From positions 337-64,336 of the forward strand of contig JBJXFH010000198.1 of NCBI GenBank assembly GCA_046155365.1: a stretch of 64,000 nt of DNA, given 5' to 3'. Below, one piece after another: positions 56,031-64,000 of this stretch (position 1 is its first letter; every line of letters begins with the position of its first letter). The stretch comes from Acidimicrobiales bacterium. Lineage in GTDB: Bacteria; Actinomycetota; Acidimicrobiia; Acidimicrobiales; CAIXPF01. Under the pieces are notes generated by a model that searched no databases, was not told the DNA's origin, and saw nothing but the letters and a program-made list of their open reading frames with translations. The position numbers were made by a program, and so were the translations under genes.

Positions 56031-56585
56031 TCAGGGTTCGCGGCGATGCAGCGGTCTGGTCTGGTTGTGGGGCCATCCGAAGCGACGTCCGGTCACGAAG
56101 CGGACCTCGATGCCGACCACGTGCAGCATCCCCGGGTTGGTTGCGGGGCGGACGCCGAGTTGGGCCACCGTAGCCAGCAGTTCGGGGTTGGTGCTGGTTC
56201 GAGCGGGGCCGGTGGCCAGCACACTCCAGCCGGAGCGGTGGCCCCGGGCCTGGCCCGCCTCGATCCGTTCCTCGAAGTGGTCGATCTGGAAGGTCATCAC
56301 GCAGCCGGACTCCACGGCGTGCAGCTTTGAGCCGGAGCCGGTGAGAAACACGATCTCCTGACCGTGCAATACGGTGAAGTCCACCGGGAGGACCACGGCC
56401 ACGCCGCCAACAGCGAACGCCACCCGGCCCACCCCGCCGCGTTGAAGGTAGCTCAGGCATTCTTCAGTGGACAGTGCCTCGAGTTGACCGTCGGCGTCGC
56501 CAAAAAGGTGACGGGTGACCACCTCGCCGGTCAGGATCCACGCTTCCCGCTCGTGATGGGTATCCATTGGTTCACCCCGGAACAT
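56031..56585 (-). CDS. pyridoxamine 5'-phosphate oxidase (PPOX/FMN- or F420-binding split-barrel) family protein
   Basis: EECLSYLQRGGVGRVAF...VLPVDFTVLHGQEIVFLTGSGSKL...GWSVLATG is present. An alternative ATG lies at 56567. Confidence 0.75.
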   Translation of the reverse strand: MFRGEPMDTHHEREAWILTGEVVTRHLFGDADGQLEALSTEECLSYLQRGGVGRVAFAVGGVAVVLPVDFTVLHGQEIVFLTGSGSKLHAVESGCVMTFQIDHFEERIEAGQARGHRSGWSVLATGPARTSTNPELLATVAQLGVRPATNPGMLHVVGIEVRFVTGRRFGWPHNQTRPLHRREP

Positions 56586-56667
56586 CAGATCGGCCGGCGG
56601 ATTTCACCACCCTCCGCAGTGTGCGGCAGCGTCGGTCTCCCAGGGTAGGGCCCCACGGCGCCATCGC

Positions 56668-56683
56668 GGGGGACCAAGGTCCT
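56668..56683. promoter_or_regulatory. candidate DevR/DosR-type operator (GGGGGACC-AA-GGTCCT) in a divergent promoter region
   Basis: GGACC-AA-GGTCC is a perfect palindrome. It matches 11 of 14 core positions of the M. tuberculosis DosR consensus GGGACTWWAGTCCC. It lies between the PPOX/USP and USP/response-regulator operons. Confidence 0.3.
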
Positions 56684-56770
56684 GCGCCACGGAGGGGTGG
56701 GACCTCTGACCGTGGCGAAGGGGTCCGTCGGCTCTGGGGGATCTGACAACGGTTCCGTACCGTCCATGGC

Positions 56771-57649
56771 GTGACCTCTGTGATCGACCCCCAACAGCCC
56801 GACCCCGCCGTTGCCGGGACCGCGGGTACCGTCGGTGGCGTCATCGGGGAGGTGGTGGCCTGCAGCGACGGGTCCACCTCAACTGCTGCGCTCTTGCAGT
56901 GTGCCGCGGCCGTCGCCGCCGCGTTGGGTGTGCCGATGCGGGTCTTGCACGCCCGTCAGGGGCCGTTGCCGGACAAGGAGTTCGAGTCCGCACGTCGCGC
57001 CGCGTCTGCGCTGGGCTTGGCGTTGGACACCGTGGAGGCCACCGAACAGATACCGTGGGAAGTGAACGAGGCCATCGTGGGCTACTTCACACAGCGGCCC
57101 CGCGCGCTGCCGGTAGTGGCGGCACACGCCCGCCACGGCGCGGCCAAAGCGCTTCTGGGCTCCGTCAGCTCGGTGATGATCCGGGAGTTGGGTCGCCCGG
57201 CGCTGGTGATCGGTCCTCACGCCGCGGCCCCCGAAACCGTGCGCCGGGTGATGGTCACCGTGGACGGCAGCCGATTCTCCGAGCAGGCCATCGCCGCCGG
57301 TGTGGCCTTCGCGGGCCAACTCGGGACTGAGCTGTGGTTGGTCGAGGTGCTGGAGCCGGGTACCGCGTCTGCCACCAACCTGGCCGGTATGGCGCGGAAG
57401 CTCGGCGTGACCTATCCCCGCCTTCGCCTGGGTTGGGAGACCTTGCACGGCGCCCGGGCCGAGCGAGCCATCCTGGACTACGTGGGCCCCGATCCCTCCA
57501 CCGTTGTGGTGGCGGCAACCCACGGCCGCACCGCCCTGTCGGAGATGATGCTGGGATCAGTGGCCAATGCTCTGGTCCGCCATGCCGCCGGGCCGGTACT
57601 GCTGGTGCGCCCGTCCCTGCGGGTGCTCGAACCCACCCCCGATGACTGA
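56771..57649 (+). CDS. tandem-domain universal stress protein
   Basis: Two USP domains (VVACSDGSTST...; VMVTVDGSRFSE...ATHGRTAL...GPVLLV). GTG start; the exact start is uncertain. Confidence 0.8.
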   Translation: MTSVIDPQQPDPAVAGTAGTVGGVIGEVVACSDGSTSTAALLQCAAAVAAALGVPMRVLHARQGPLPDKEFESARRAASALGLALDTVEATEQIPWEVNEAIVGYFTQRPRALPVVAAHARHGAAKALLGSVSSVMIRELGRPALVIGPHAAAPETVRRVMVTVDGSRFSEQAIAAGVAFAGQLGTELWLVEVLEPGTASATNLAGMARKLGVTYPRLRLGWETLHGARAERAILDYVGPDPSTVVVAATHGRTALSEMMLGSVANALVRHAAGPVLLVRPSLRVLEPTPDD

Positions 57650-57664
57650 TCGGATCATTCCACC

Positions 57665-58390
57665 ATGTCTGCGGGTACCTACGCACAACCAAAACCCCAA
57701 CGGTTCGACACGGCGGCGCGGCCACGCTCGGCGCAGGATCCGGTGCGGGTCTTCCTCTTGGATGATCACGAGATCGTGCGGGCCGGGCTGCGGGAACTTC
57801 TCGAGTCTGCCGGTGGTTTCGAGGTTGTCGGTGACGCTGGCACCGCGGCGGAAGCGGTGCAGCAGATCGTGCGCTTGGCGCCGGACGTGGCGGTGCTTGA
57901 TGTCCGGCTGCCGGACTCTTCGGGGGTGGACGTGTGCCGGGAGTTGCACACCACGATGCCAGCGGTGAGTTGTCTTATCCTCAGCGCGTACAACGACGAA
58001 GAAGCATTGATCGACGCCATCATGGCCGGTGCTGCGGGGTTTGTGCTCAAACAGTTACGAGGTGGTGACCTGGTGAACGCCATTCGCCGGGTGGCGGCGG
58101 GGCATTCGTTGCTGGATCCGGCGGTCACCACCCAGGTGTTGGATCACATCCGCTCCGGCACCACTCGGGGCGACGCGTTGGACGCGCTTTCCGAGCAGGA
58201 GCGGCGGGTCCTCGATTTCATCGGGCAGGGCTTCACCAACCGTCAGATCGCGCAGGAACTGGCGCTATCGGAGAAATCGGTAAAGAACTCCGTGTCCAGT
58301 CTGCTGTCCAAGCTGGGGATGCATCGCCGGACGGAGGCTGCGGCCTATGTGGCCAGAGCGGGGGAACGGTCCCGCCGGCGCAGCCAGTGA
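57665..58390 (+). CDS. NarL/LuxR-family response regulator (DevR paralog)
   Basis: Receiver domain VRVFLLDDHEIVRAGLRELL...DVAVLDVRLPDSSGVDVCREL. LuxR HTH LSEQERRVLDFIGQGFTNRQIAQELALSEKSVKNSVSSLLSKLG. Confidence 0.85.
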   Translation: MSAGTYAQPKPQRFDTAARPRSAQDPVRVFLLDDHEIVRAGLRELLESAGGFEVVGDAGTAAEAVQQIVRLAPDVAVLDVRLPDSSGVDVCRELHTTMPAVSCLILSAYNDEEALIDAIMAGAAGFVLKQLRGGDLVNAIRRVAAGHSLLDPAVTTQVLDHIRSGTTRGDALDALSEQERRVLDFIGQGFTNRQIAQELALSEKSVKNSVSSLLSKLGMHRRTEAAAYVARAGERSRRRSQ

Positions 58391-58395
58391 AGGCA

Positions 58396-59070
58396 TCAGT
58401 TCTCGTAGCGTCGCCGTTGTTGTTCGGTGGTCTTCACGATGTAGGCGGCGGCCTCGGTGCGGCGGCTCATGCCGAGCTTTTGCAGGACGTTCGACAGGTA
58501 ATTCTTGACGGTCTTCTCGGCCAGGAACATGCGTTCGGCGATCTGGCGGTTGGTGAGGCCTTCGCCGACGTGGCCGAGCAGCACGCGTTCTTGGTCGGTG
58601 AGGCGGGACAGCAGCGCGTCCTGGGGTGCGCCGTTACGGATTCGTTCGAGGACGGTGCTGGTGAGTTCGGGGTCGAGCAGTGATTGGCCGGCGGCGACGG
58701 CGCGCAGGGCGTCGATGAGGCCGGCTCCTCGTATCTGTTTGAGGACGAACCCGGCGGCTCCGGCGAGGATGGCGTCGAACAGGGCGTCGTCGTCGCTGTA
58801 GGAGGTGAGCATGATGCAGCGCAGCCCGGGGATCTGTTCGCGTAGCTCGCGGCACAGCTCGATGCCGTTGCCGTCGGGTAGGCGGACGTCGAGCACGGCG
58901 AGGTCGGGTTCGGTGCTGCGAGCGAGTCGTAGGGCGTCTTCAACGGTGGCTGCTTCTCCAACCACGGTGAATTCGCCGGTGGCCTCGATCAGGTCTCGCA
59001 CCCCGGCCCGTACGACTTCGTGATCATCAACGAGGAACACCTTCACCGGTGCGCTCGGGCGGTCGGCCAT
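58396..59070 (-). CDS. devR: DevR/DosR-like NarL-family response regulator
   Basis: As far as I recall the M. tuberculosis DevR sequence, this ORF aligns with it along its whole length. Examples are VKVFLVDDHEVVR, LAVLDVRLPDGNGIELCREL and LTDQERVLLGHVGEGLTNRQIAERMFLAEKTVKNY. It is translationally coupled to the kinase gene (TGATG). Confidence 0.85.
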   Translation of the reverse strand: MADRPSAPVKVFLVDDHEVVRAGVRDLIEATGEFTVVGEAATVEDALRLARSTEPDLAVLDVRLPDGNGIELCRELREQIPGLRCIMLTSYSDDDALFDAILAGAAGFVLKQIRGAGLIDALRAVAAGQSLLDPELTSTVLERIRNGAPQDALLSRLTDQERVLLGHVGEGLTNRQIAERMFLAEKTVKNYLSNVLQKLGMSRRTEAAAYIVKTTEQQRRRYEN

Positions 59071-60614
59071 CAGTTCATCCTTGTGGAGGGGTCTTGGGTG
59101 GTGTCACCGTGGTGAACCGCCGCAGGAATGCTCCAGTACGCCACGCTGCCTTTGGGTGAGCGGCCGATGATGGTGAAGGTCCCGCCATGGCGAGCGGCTC
59201 GGGCGGCAATGTTGGCCAACCCGTTTCCCCCGGTGGTCGTCGTGTCGGTCGTGCCCGTCGTGTTCATGGGGGCCGGTATGCCCTTTCCGTCGTCGCGCAC
59301 CTCAAAGCTGAGGGCATGCTCATCGCAGCGCACCACCACCTCCACGTGCTGTGCGGCTGCATGGCGGGCCACGTTGGTGAGACATTCACGCAGCGAGGCC
59401 AGCATATCGGTACGGGCGAACTGCCAAGTCATGTCATCGAGCGGGCCGATCAGCTCGGTGTGAGCCGGTTGGGGCAAAATCCGGTTCAACTCCGCCACCA
59501 AGGCGTTGATGGCAGTGACGAATGAGGTGGATCCGCTGTTGGGGCGGCGACTGGCGAAAATGGACGTACGCAAGTGGCGGATGGCCTGATCGATCTGGTC
59601 CACCACGGAGCTGATGCGTTGCTGGCCTATCTCGTCCGGTACCCGTGACAAGGTGGCCTCCAACGTCATGCCGGCGGCGAACAGTTCTTGGATGACCGTG
59701 TCGTGCAGGTCTCGTGCCACCCGCTCGCGCTCCTCAGCCAGCGCCATGGCGGTTTCGGCTCTTTGGCGTTCGACATCCGCCTCCCGACGTTCGCTGATGT
59801 CCCGCGCCACGGCCACCACCCTGTGCTGTCCGTCTTCTCGGACGGGGTAACTCAAGGACACCTCGATCGGGATCATGGAGCCATCGCGATGCTGCAGCAC
59901 ATCCTCGTAGCGCACCACCTGCTGGTGGCCTTGCAGCAGCGGGCGGACCACCGTTTCGAACCGATCGTGTTCGGCCATTATCAGATCTTCCGGCGTGAGG
60001 TCGATCAGTTCCGCCCGGCTGTATCCGCTCTGTAGGGCCGCGCCCATGTTGGCGTATTCGATATGGAAGCTGTCGGCGGCGAACACATACACCCCGTCGC
60101 TGGTTCCGTCCAGAAGTTGTTGCACGTAGCGAACGTGCGCTTCGGCTGCCAACCGGTCCGTGATATCCCGGATGTTGGCCAGCGCGAGGTCCTGGGAACG
60201 GATTCGCAATGGGCTGAGCGCGACCTCCACCGGGAACACGGTGCCGTCCCGTCGCCGTCCCGCCAAGCGCCGATCCTGACCCATGGGCCTCGTCGATGGG
60301 CGCGCTGCGAATTGCTGACGGTGAGCCTGGTGGCCTGATCGAAGCGGCTCCGGTAGCAGCACCTCCACTGGCCCGCCCAGCAGCTCGGCGCGCTGGTAGC
60401 CGAACAGCGACTCAAGCTGGCGATTCACAAACAGGATCTGACCGGCCCCGTCGCACAGCACCGACGCATCAGGCGCCGCGTCCAGCATGGCCCACACCAC
60501 CGCCAGGTCCAAGGCGATGTCCCCAACCATGAGATCCTCGGTAGCAGAGCCCGCACCGGTGGATCCCTTGGGGTTAGGGGGGATGGTCCCGATGGGCAAG
60601 GTCATGGTGGCCAT
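59070..60614 (-). CDS. PAS-PAS sensor histidine kinase (HisKA_3 + HATPase_c), cognate of the DevR-like regulator
   Basis: Two PAS domains, an H-box (ERERVARDLHDTVIQELF) and ATPase motifs (LTNVARHA, DDGKGI, GNGLANI). PAS1 contains LLPEPLRSGHQAHRQQF...RRDGTVFPVEV. Confidence 0.85.
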   Translation of the reverse strand: MATMTLPIGTIPPNPKGSTGAGSATEDLMVGDIALDLAVVWAMLDAAPDASVLCDGAGQILFVNRQLESLFGYQRAELLGGPVEVLLPEPLRSGHQAHRQQFAARPSTRPMGQDRRLAGRRRDGTVFPVEVALSPLRIRSQDLALANIRDITDRLAAEAHVRYVQQLLDGTSDGVYVFAADSFHIEYANMGAALQSGYSRAELIDLTPEDLIMAEHDRFETVVRPLLQGHQQVVRYEDVLQHRDGSMIPIEVSLSYPVREDGQHRVVAVARDISERREADVERQRAETAMALAEERERVARDLHDTVIQELFAAGMTLEATLSRVPDEIGQQRISSVVDQIDQAIRHLRTSIFASRRPNSGSTSFVTAINALVAELNRILPQPAHTELIGPLDDMTWQFARTDMLASLRECLTNVARHAAAQHVEVVVRCDEHALSFEVRDDGKGIPAPMNTTGTTDTTTTGGNGLANIAARAARHGGTFTIIGRSPKGSVAYWSIPAAVHHGDTTQDPSTRMN

Positions 60615-60731
60615 GATGGCTCACGCGGAGGGGCGAGGTCGGGGCGGCGGCAGGATCGGGGCCCGCATGGTTCTGCGGAAAGGGTCCTCCGGCCCTGATC
60701 AGCGGGCGCTGGGACGGTATACGAACAGGCA

Positions 60732-61367
60732 GTGAACCACATCGGCTCCGCGAGCCCACGCATAGCGATCCGCTTCACCGCCAAACAGCTGATGGAGGCC
60801 ATCGACCACATGGCCGACGGCACCCTTATCGTCAACGGCGATGGTCGTATCGTGCATGCCAGCGGGCAGGTGGCGGCGCTGTTCGGCTATACCCCCGAGC
60901 AGCTGATCGGTCAGCCGATGGAGCTGCTGGTGCCGGAGGATCAGCGGTCACCCCATCGGCGGGCCCGAAGCAAATACGGCCGCGCACCGACGGTTCGACC
61001 CATGGGCGGCTCGCTTGACATCGTGGGTTGCCGGCGCGACGGATCCCAGGTCCCCCTTGATGTCTGGTTGGCGCCGTTGGGGGCCGGGCTGGTGCTGGCC
61101 AATGTGCGTGACATGACCGACACCCGCCAGCAGGAAGCCGGTCGGGCCGCGGAGTTGGCGCGCCTGCGCAACGCCGAGGCCCGGGACCGGACCGCTCAAG
61201 CCACCCATGACATCGTGCTACAACTCTTGTTTGGCGTCGCGGCCGGCCTGCAGGCGCTCCGCGGGCGCAGCGACGAGGTCACCGAAGGCGCGCTGGCCCA
61301 CGCCATCGAGCTCATCGATGACACCATTCAATCGGTCCGCCACGAGGCATTCGGCGGCGGCTCCTGA
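60732..61367 (+). CDS. orphan PAS + DHp (HisKA_3-like) protein with no ATPase domain
   Basis: PAS domain LVPEDQRSPHRRARSKY...RRDGSQVPLDVWLAPL. An H-box-like helix follows (RDRTAQATHDIVLQLLFGVAAGLQAL), then a stop about 45 aa later. Confidence 0.6.
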   Translation: MNHIGSASPRIAIRFTAKQLMEAIDHMADGTLIVNGDGRIVHASGQVAALFGYTPEQLIGQPMELLVPEDQRSPHRRARSKYGRAPTVRPMGGSLDIVGCRRDGSQVPLDVWLAPLGAGLVLANVRDMTDTRQQEAGRAAELARLRNAEARDRTAQATHDIVLQLLFGVAAGLQALRGRSDEVTEGALAHAIELIDDTIQSVRHEAFGGGS

Positions 61368-61500
61368 CCTCGTTCCCCTTAACCCCGGGGTACCGGCTGG
61401 TACGGGAGCGGCCACTGCGGATCAGCGGTGACCCCGGGTCCCCTGGCGGGAGCAGGCGCCTCAGCTCAACGGATGGCGCGTGATGACGGCGAGAACAAGG

Positions 61501-64000
61501 TCAGGCGGCTGACACCGTGGATCCGGCGAAGCGGCGCAACGCTTCACCCATCGCCACTCGGGCTGACGCGCCCGACAGCACCACGTCCACCGCCGGCAGG
61601 GAGGTGTGGATCTGGCCCCGCTGGGGGAGGTGGACGGCCTCAACCCCCGCAGCCGTGAGGGCCTCGGCGTAGGCCGCCCCTTCGTCCCGCAGCGGATCGA
61701 ACTCACAGGTCACCACCACCGCCGGCGGCAGACCGGAAAGGTCCTTGGCCCGCAGCGGGGAGGCCCTGGGGTCATCGCGATCCGCAACATCGGCGTAGTG
61801 ATCCCAGAACCACTGCATCAACGCGGTGGTGAGAATGTAGCTTTCGGCGTTGTCGGTGTAACTGGCACGGGAGAAGTCCGCGTCGGTGACCGGGGTGATG
61901 AGCAGCTGCCCGTTGATGGCCGGACCGCCCGCATCCCTCGCCATCTGACAGACCACCGCGGCGATGTTCCCGCCGGCGCTCCAGCCCGCCACTGACAACT
62001 GGCCGGGAACCGCACCGAGGGACGCGGCGTTCTCCGCCAGCCACTTCACGGCGGCGAACCCGTCCAGCGGGGCGGCAGGAAAGCGGTGCTCGGGGGCGTG
62101 ACGATAATCCACCGACACGATCACCGAATCGGACTGCACGCACAGGTCCCGGCAGAACGGATCATCGGACTGCGAATCGCCCAGTACCCAACCGCCGCCG
62201 TGGAAATAGGCCACCATCGGGTGTGGCCCCGCCGAAGCCGGTCGGTACAGGCGGTAGGTCAGGTCCCCGGCCGGTCCGGGCAGGGTGCCGTCGATGATCG
62301 CACCGACCTCGGGTCCGCGGGGGCGTGCTGCGTTGCCCTCAGCCACGAACGCCCTCGCCTCCGACGGGGACATCGATTCCAGCGCCGGCAGGTCCATCCC
62401 GGCGATGGCGTCAAGCACCAACTGCACGTCCGGTTGCAGCCGGCGGATCACCCCGTCGTTGCAGTGGGACCCCTTCGGACCCGCCAGCGAGAACCCGAAG
62501 TAGCCCTGATCCACCACCTCGGTGCAGATGTGGCGATAGGTGTCCACCCCACCCACGAAGGGCAGGAACACCCGTGGCTTGCCGGGGACGTTGGCGCCCA
62601 TGTACCAAGATTTTGCCTTGGGGAACAACGTGATGTTGCCCCAATCGGAGTTGTACTGCACCCACCCGGCCTGCGCCGTCTCGGTGGCCTCGATGGTGTC
62701 GTAGCCGCCGTCACGGAGATGGGTGATGGCATCGCAGATCCACTCGACGTGCTGCTCGATGGAGACGGACATATTCGACAGCACCGAGGGGCTCTGGGGG
62801 CCGGTGACCATGTAGAAGTTGGGAAAGCCCACGGTGGCCACACCGAGGTAGGTCTCCGGACCGTGCTGCCACTCGTCTTTGAGCTTGCGCCCGTCCCGAC
62901 CGGTGATGTCCACGTTGACAATGGCCCCGGTCATGGCGTCGAATCCGGTGGCGAACACGATGGCGTCAAATTCGTGGCTGGTGCTCGCCGTATCGATCCC
63001 GGTCTCGGTGATGGTGACGATGGGGTCGGTCTTGAGATCCACCAGCCGCACGTGGGGCTCGTTGAAGGTTTCGTAGTACCCGGTGTCCAGGCACATGCGC
63101 TTGGTGGCCAGCGGGAACTCGTAGGGGCAGAGCAGTTCGGCCACGGCGGGGTCGGTGACCTTCTGGCGGATCTGGCGGCGCACGAACTCGGAGGCGTAAT
63201 CGTTGGCGGTCTGGTTGACGATAATGTCGTTGAACGCGCTGAACGGACCGTAGAGCGTGCCGTCATCCCAGCCCTGCTGGAAGCGGCGGTTGCGCTCCTC
63301 CTCGGAGACCGAAAGGGCGCTTTCGGTAGCGGGAGGAAGCGGCACACCGATCTGTGACCATTTCGCCGCCTCGCGATACTTCGCGCGATCGGCCTCCACT
63401 GCATCAACCATTCCCTGCGGTATGGGACCGTTGCCGGCGGGAACGGAGAAGTTGGCGGTGCGCTGGAAAACCGTCAGGGCCGAAGCTTGTTTGGCGATGA
63501 TCGGTATGGACTGGATCGCCGAGGAGCCGGTGCCGATCACGCCGACGCGCATGCCAGAGAAATCAACGCCCTCATGGGGCCAGCGGCTGGTGAAATAGAC
63601 CGCACCACCGAAGCGCTCAACGCCGTTCACATCGGGGGACTTCGGTGCGGAAAGACAACCGGTGGCCATGATGTAATGGTGTCCGCTGACGGTGTCGCCG
63701 TCTCCGGTTCGGATCATCCAGCGCGAGGTGTTCTCATCCCAGGCGGCGCTTTCCACCCGGGTGGAGAACCGGATGTCCCGACGCAGGTCGTGCTTGTCGG
63801 TTACGAACTGGAGGTATCGCAGCACCTCGGGTTGGGTGGCGTACTTTTCGGACCAGTGCCACTGTTCCTCCAGCTCTGGATCGAAGCTGTAGGTGTAATC
63901 GGTACTGGGGATGTCCACCCGGGCGCCCGGGTAACGATTCCAATACCACGTTCCGCCCACGTCATGGCCGGTTTCCAGCGCCACCGCCGACAGGCCCAGC
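61501..64000 (-). CDS. type I Baeyer-Villiger monooxygenase fused to a C-terminal alpha/beta-hydrolase fold-3 esterase; 5' end outside the window
   Basis: BVMO motifs: [27 protein letters not shown] (fingerprint) and [12 protein letters not shown]. Esterase motifs: [16 protein letters not shown] and DPLRDEG. The frame is open to nt 64000. Confidence 0.85.
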   Translation of the reverse strand, partial: LGLSAVALETGHDVGGTWYWNRYPGARVDIPSTDYTYSFDPELEEQWHWSEKYATQPEVLRYLQFVTDKHDLRRDIRFSTRVESAAWDENTSRWMIRTGDGDTVSGHHYIMATGCLSAPKSPDVNGVERFGGAVYFTSRWPHEGVDFSGMRVGVIGTGSSAIQSIPIIAKQASALTVFQRTANFSVPAGNGPIPQGMVDAVEADRAKYREAAKWSQIGVPLPPATESALSVSEEERNRRFQQGWDDGTLYGPFSAFNDIIVNQTANDYASEFVRRQIRQKVTDPAVAELLCPYEFPLATKRMCLDTGYYETFNEPHVRLVDLKTDPIVTITETGIDTASTSHEFDAIVFATGFDAMTGAIVNVDITGRDGRKLKDEWQHGPETYLGVATVGFPNFYMVTGPQSPSVLSNMSVSIEQHVEWICDAITHLRDGGYDTIEATETAQAGWVQYNSDWGNITLFPKAKSWYMGANVPGKPRVFLPFVGGVDTYRHICTEVVDQGYFGFSLAGPKGSHCNDGVIRRLQPDVQLVLDAIAGMDLPALESMSPSEARAFVAEGNAARPRGPEVGAIIDGTLPGPAGDLTYRLYRPASAGPHPMVAYFHGGGWVLGDSQSDDPFCRDLCVQSDSVIVSVDYRHAPEHRFPAAPLDGFAAVKWLAENAASLGAVPGQLSVAGWSAGGNIAAVVCQMARDAGGPAINGQLLITPVTDADFSRASYTDNAESYILTTALMQWFWDHYADVADRDDPRASPLRAKDLSGLPPAVVVTCEFDPLRDEGAAYAEALTAAGVEAVHLPQRGQIHTSLPAVDVVLSGASARVAMGEALRRFAGSTVSAA

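Noticed and set aside
1-64000. Evidence that any block is a mobile genomic island or prophage.
   Set aside because: I recognise no integrase, transposase, recombinase, tRNA attachment site, flanking direct repeats or phage structural genes. The accessory character is suggested only by gene content and decayed regulators.

Overview
High-GC, actinobacterial-type chromosomal window. Long spurious antisense ORFs occur throughout and many genes are translationally coupled by ATGA or TGATG overlaps. I can support about 50 protein genes. I found no rRNA, tRNA, CRISPR array, transposase or integrase. The window falls into five blocks. (1) 1-4.4 kb: an esterase 3' fragment, a RES/Xre-type toxin-antitoxin pair, an ankyrin-repeat lipoprotein and a decayed SARP/ATPase regulator. 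(2) 4.6-26 kb: a cell-envelope glycan locus. It holds a 1.6k-aa Tat-secreted protein with four DUF4082 modules, a Wzx-like flippase, GT2/GT4 glycosyltransferases, a deacetylase and a GNAT. A tightly coupled minus-strand operon runs oxidoreductase, NeuD-like acyltransferase, AMP-ligase, PLP-decarboxylase, carrier protein, GT4-GT2 fusion. The block also has a 1.2-kb non-coding gap and an internally duplicated Cys-rich secreted protein. (3) 27-43.5 kb: a putative amine or peptide-like catabolic block. One 9.5-kb operon encodes a creatininase-family hydrolase, a GS-like gamma-glutamyl ligase, a PuuD-like hydrolase, an SDR and a Dpp/Opp-type ABC importer. Next to it sit a divergent TetR gene, two tandem Rieske oxygenase alpha subunits and an MBL hydrolase. 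(4) 43.6-61.4 kb: a DosR/DevR-type dormancy or hypoxia-like island. It contains USPs, an Rv2004c-like APH/ATPase, a P2-type ATPase coupled to an FtsH paralog, a PPOX protein, an acyl-ACP desaturase and two DevR-like regulators. It also has a PAS-PAS kinase whose PAS resembles the FixL type, and an orphan PAS-DHp protein. (5) 61.5-64 kb: a Baeyer-Villiger monooxygenase fused to an esterase, with its 5' end outside the window. The best candidates for undescribed biology are the carrier-protein/decarboxylase cassette in the glycan operon, the creatininase/gamma-glutamylation/Rieske cluster, and the non-canonical sensor wiring of the DevR island. All functional calls rest on motif recognition by eye. 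No database search was run.
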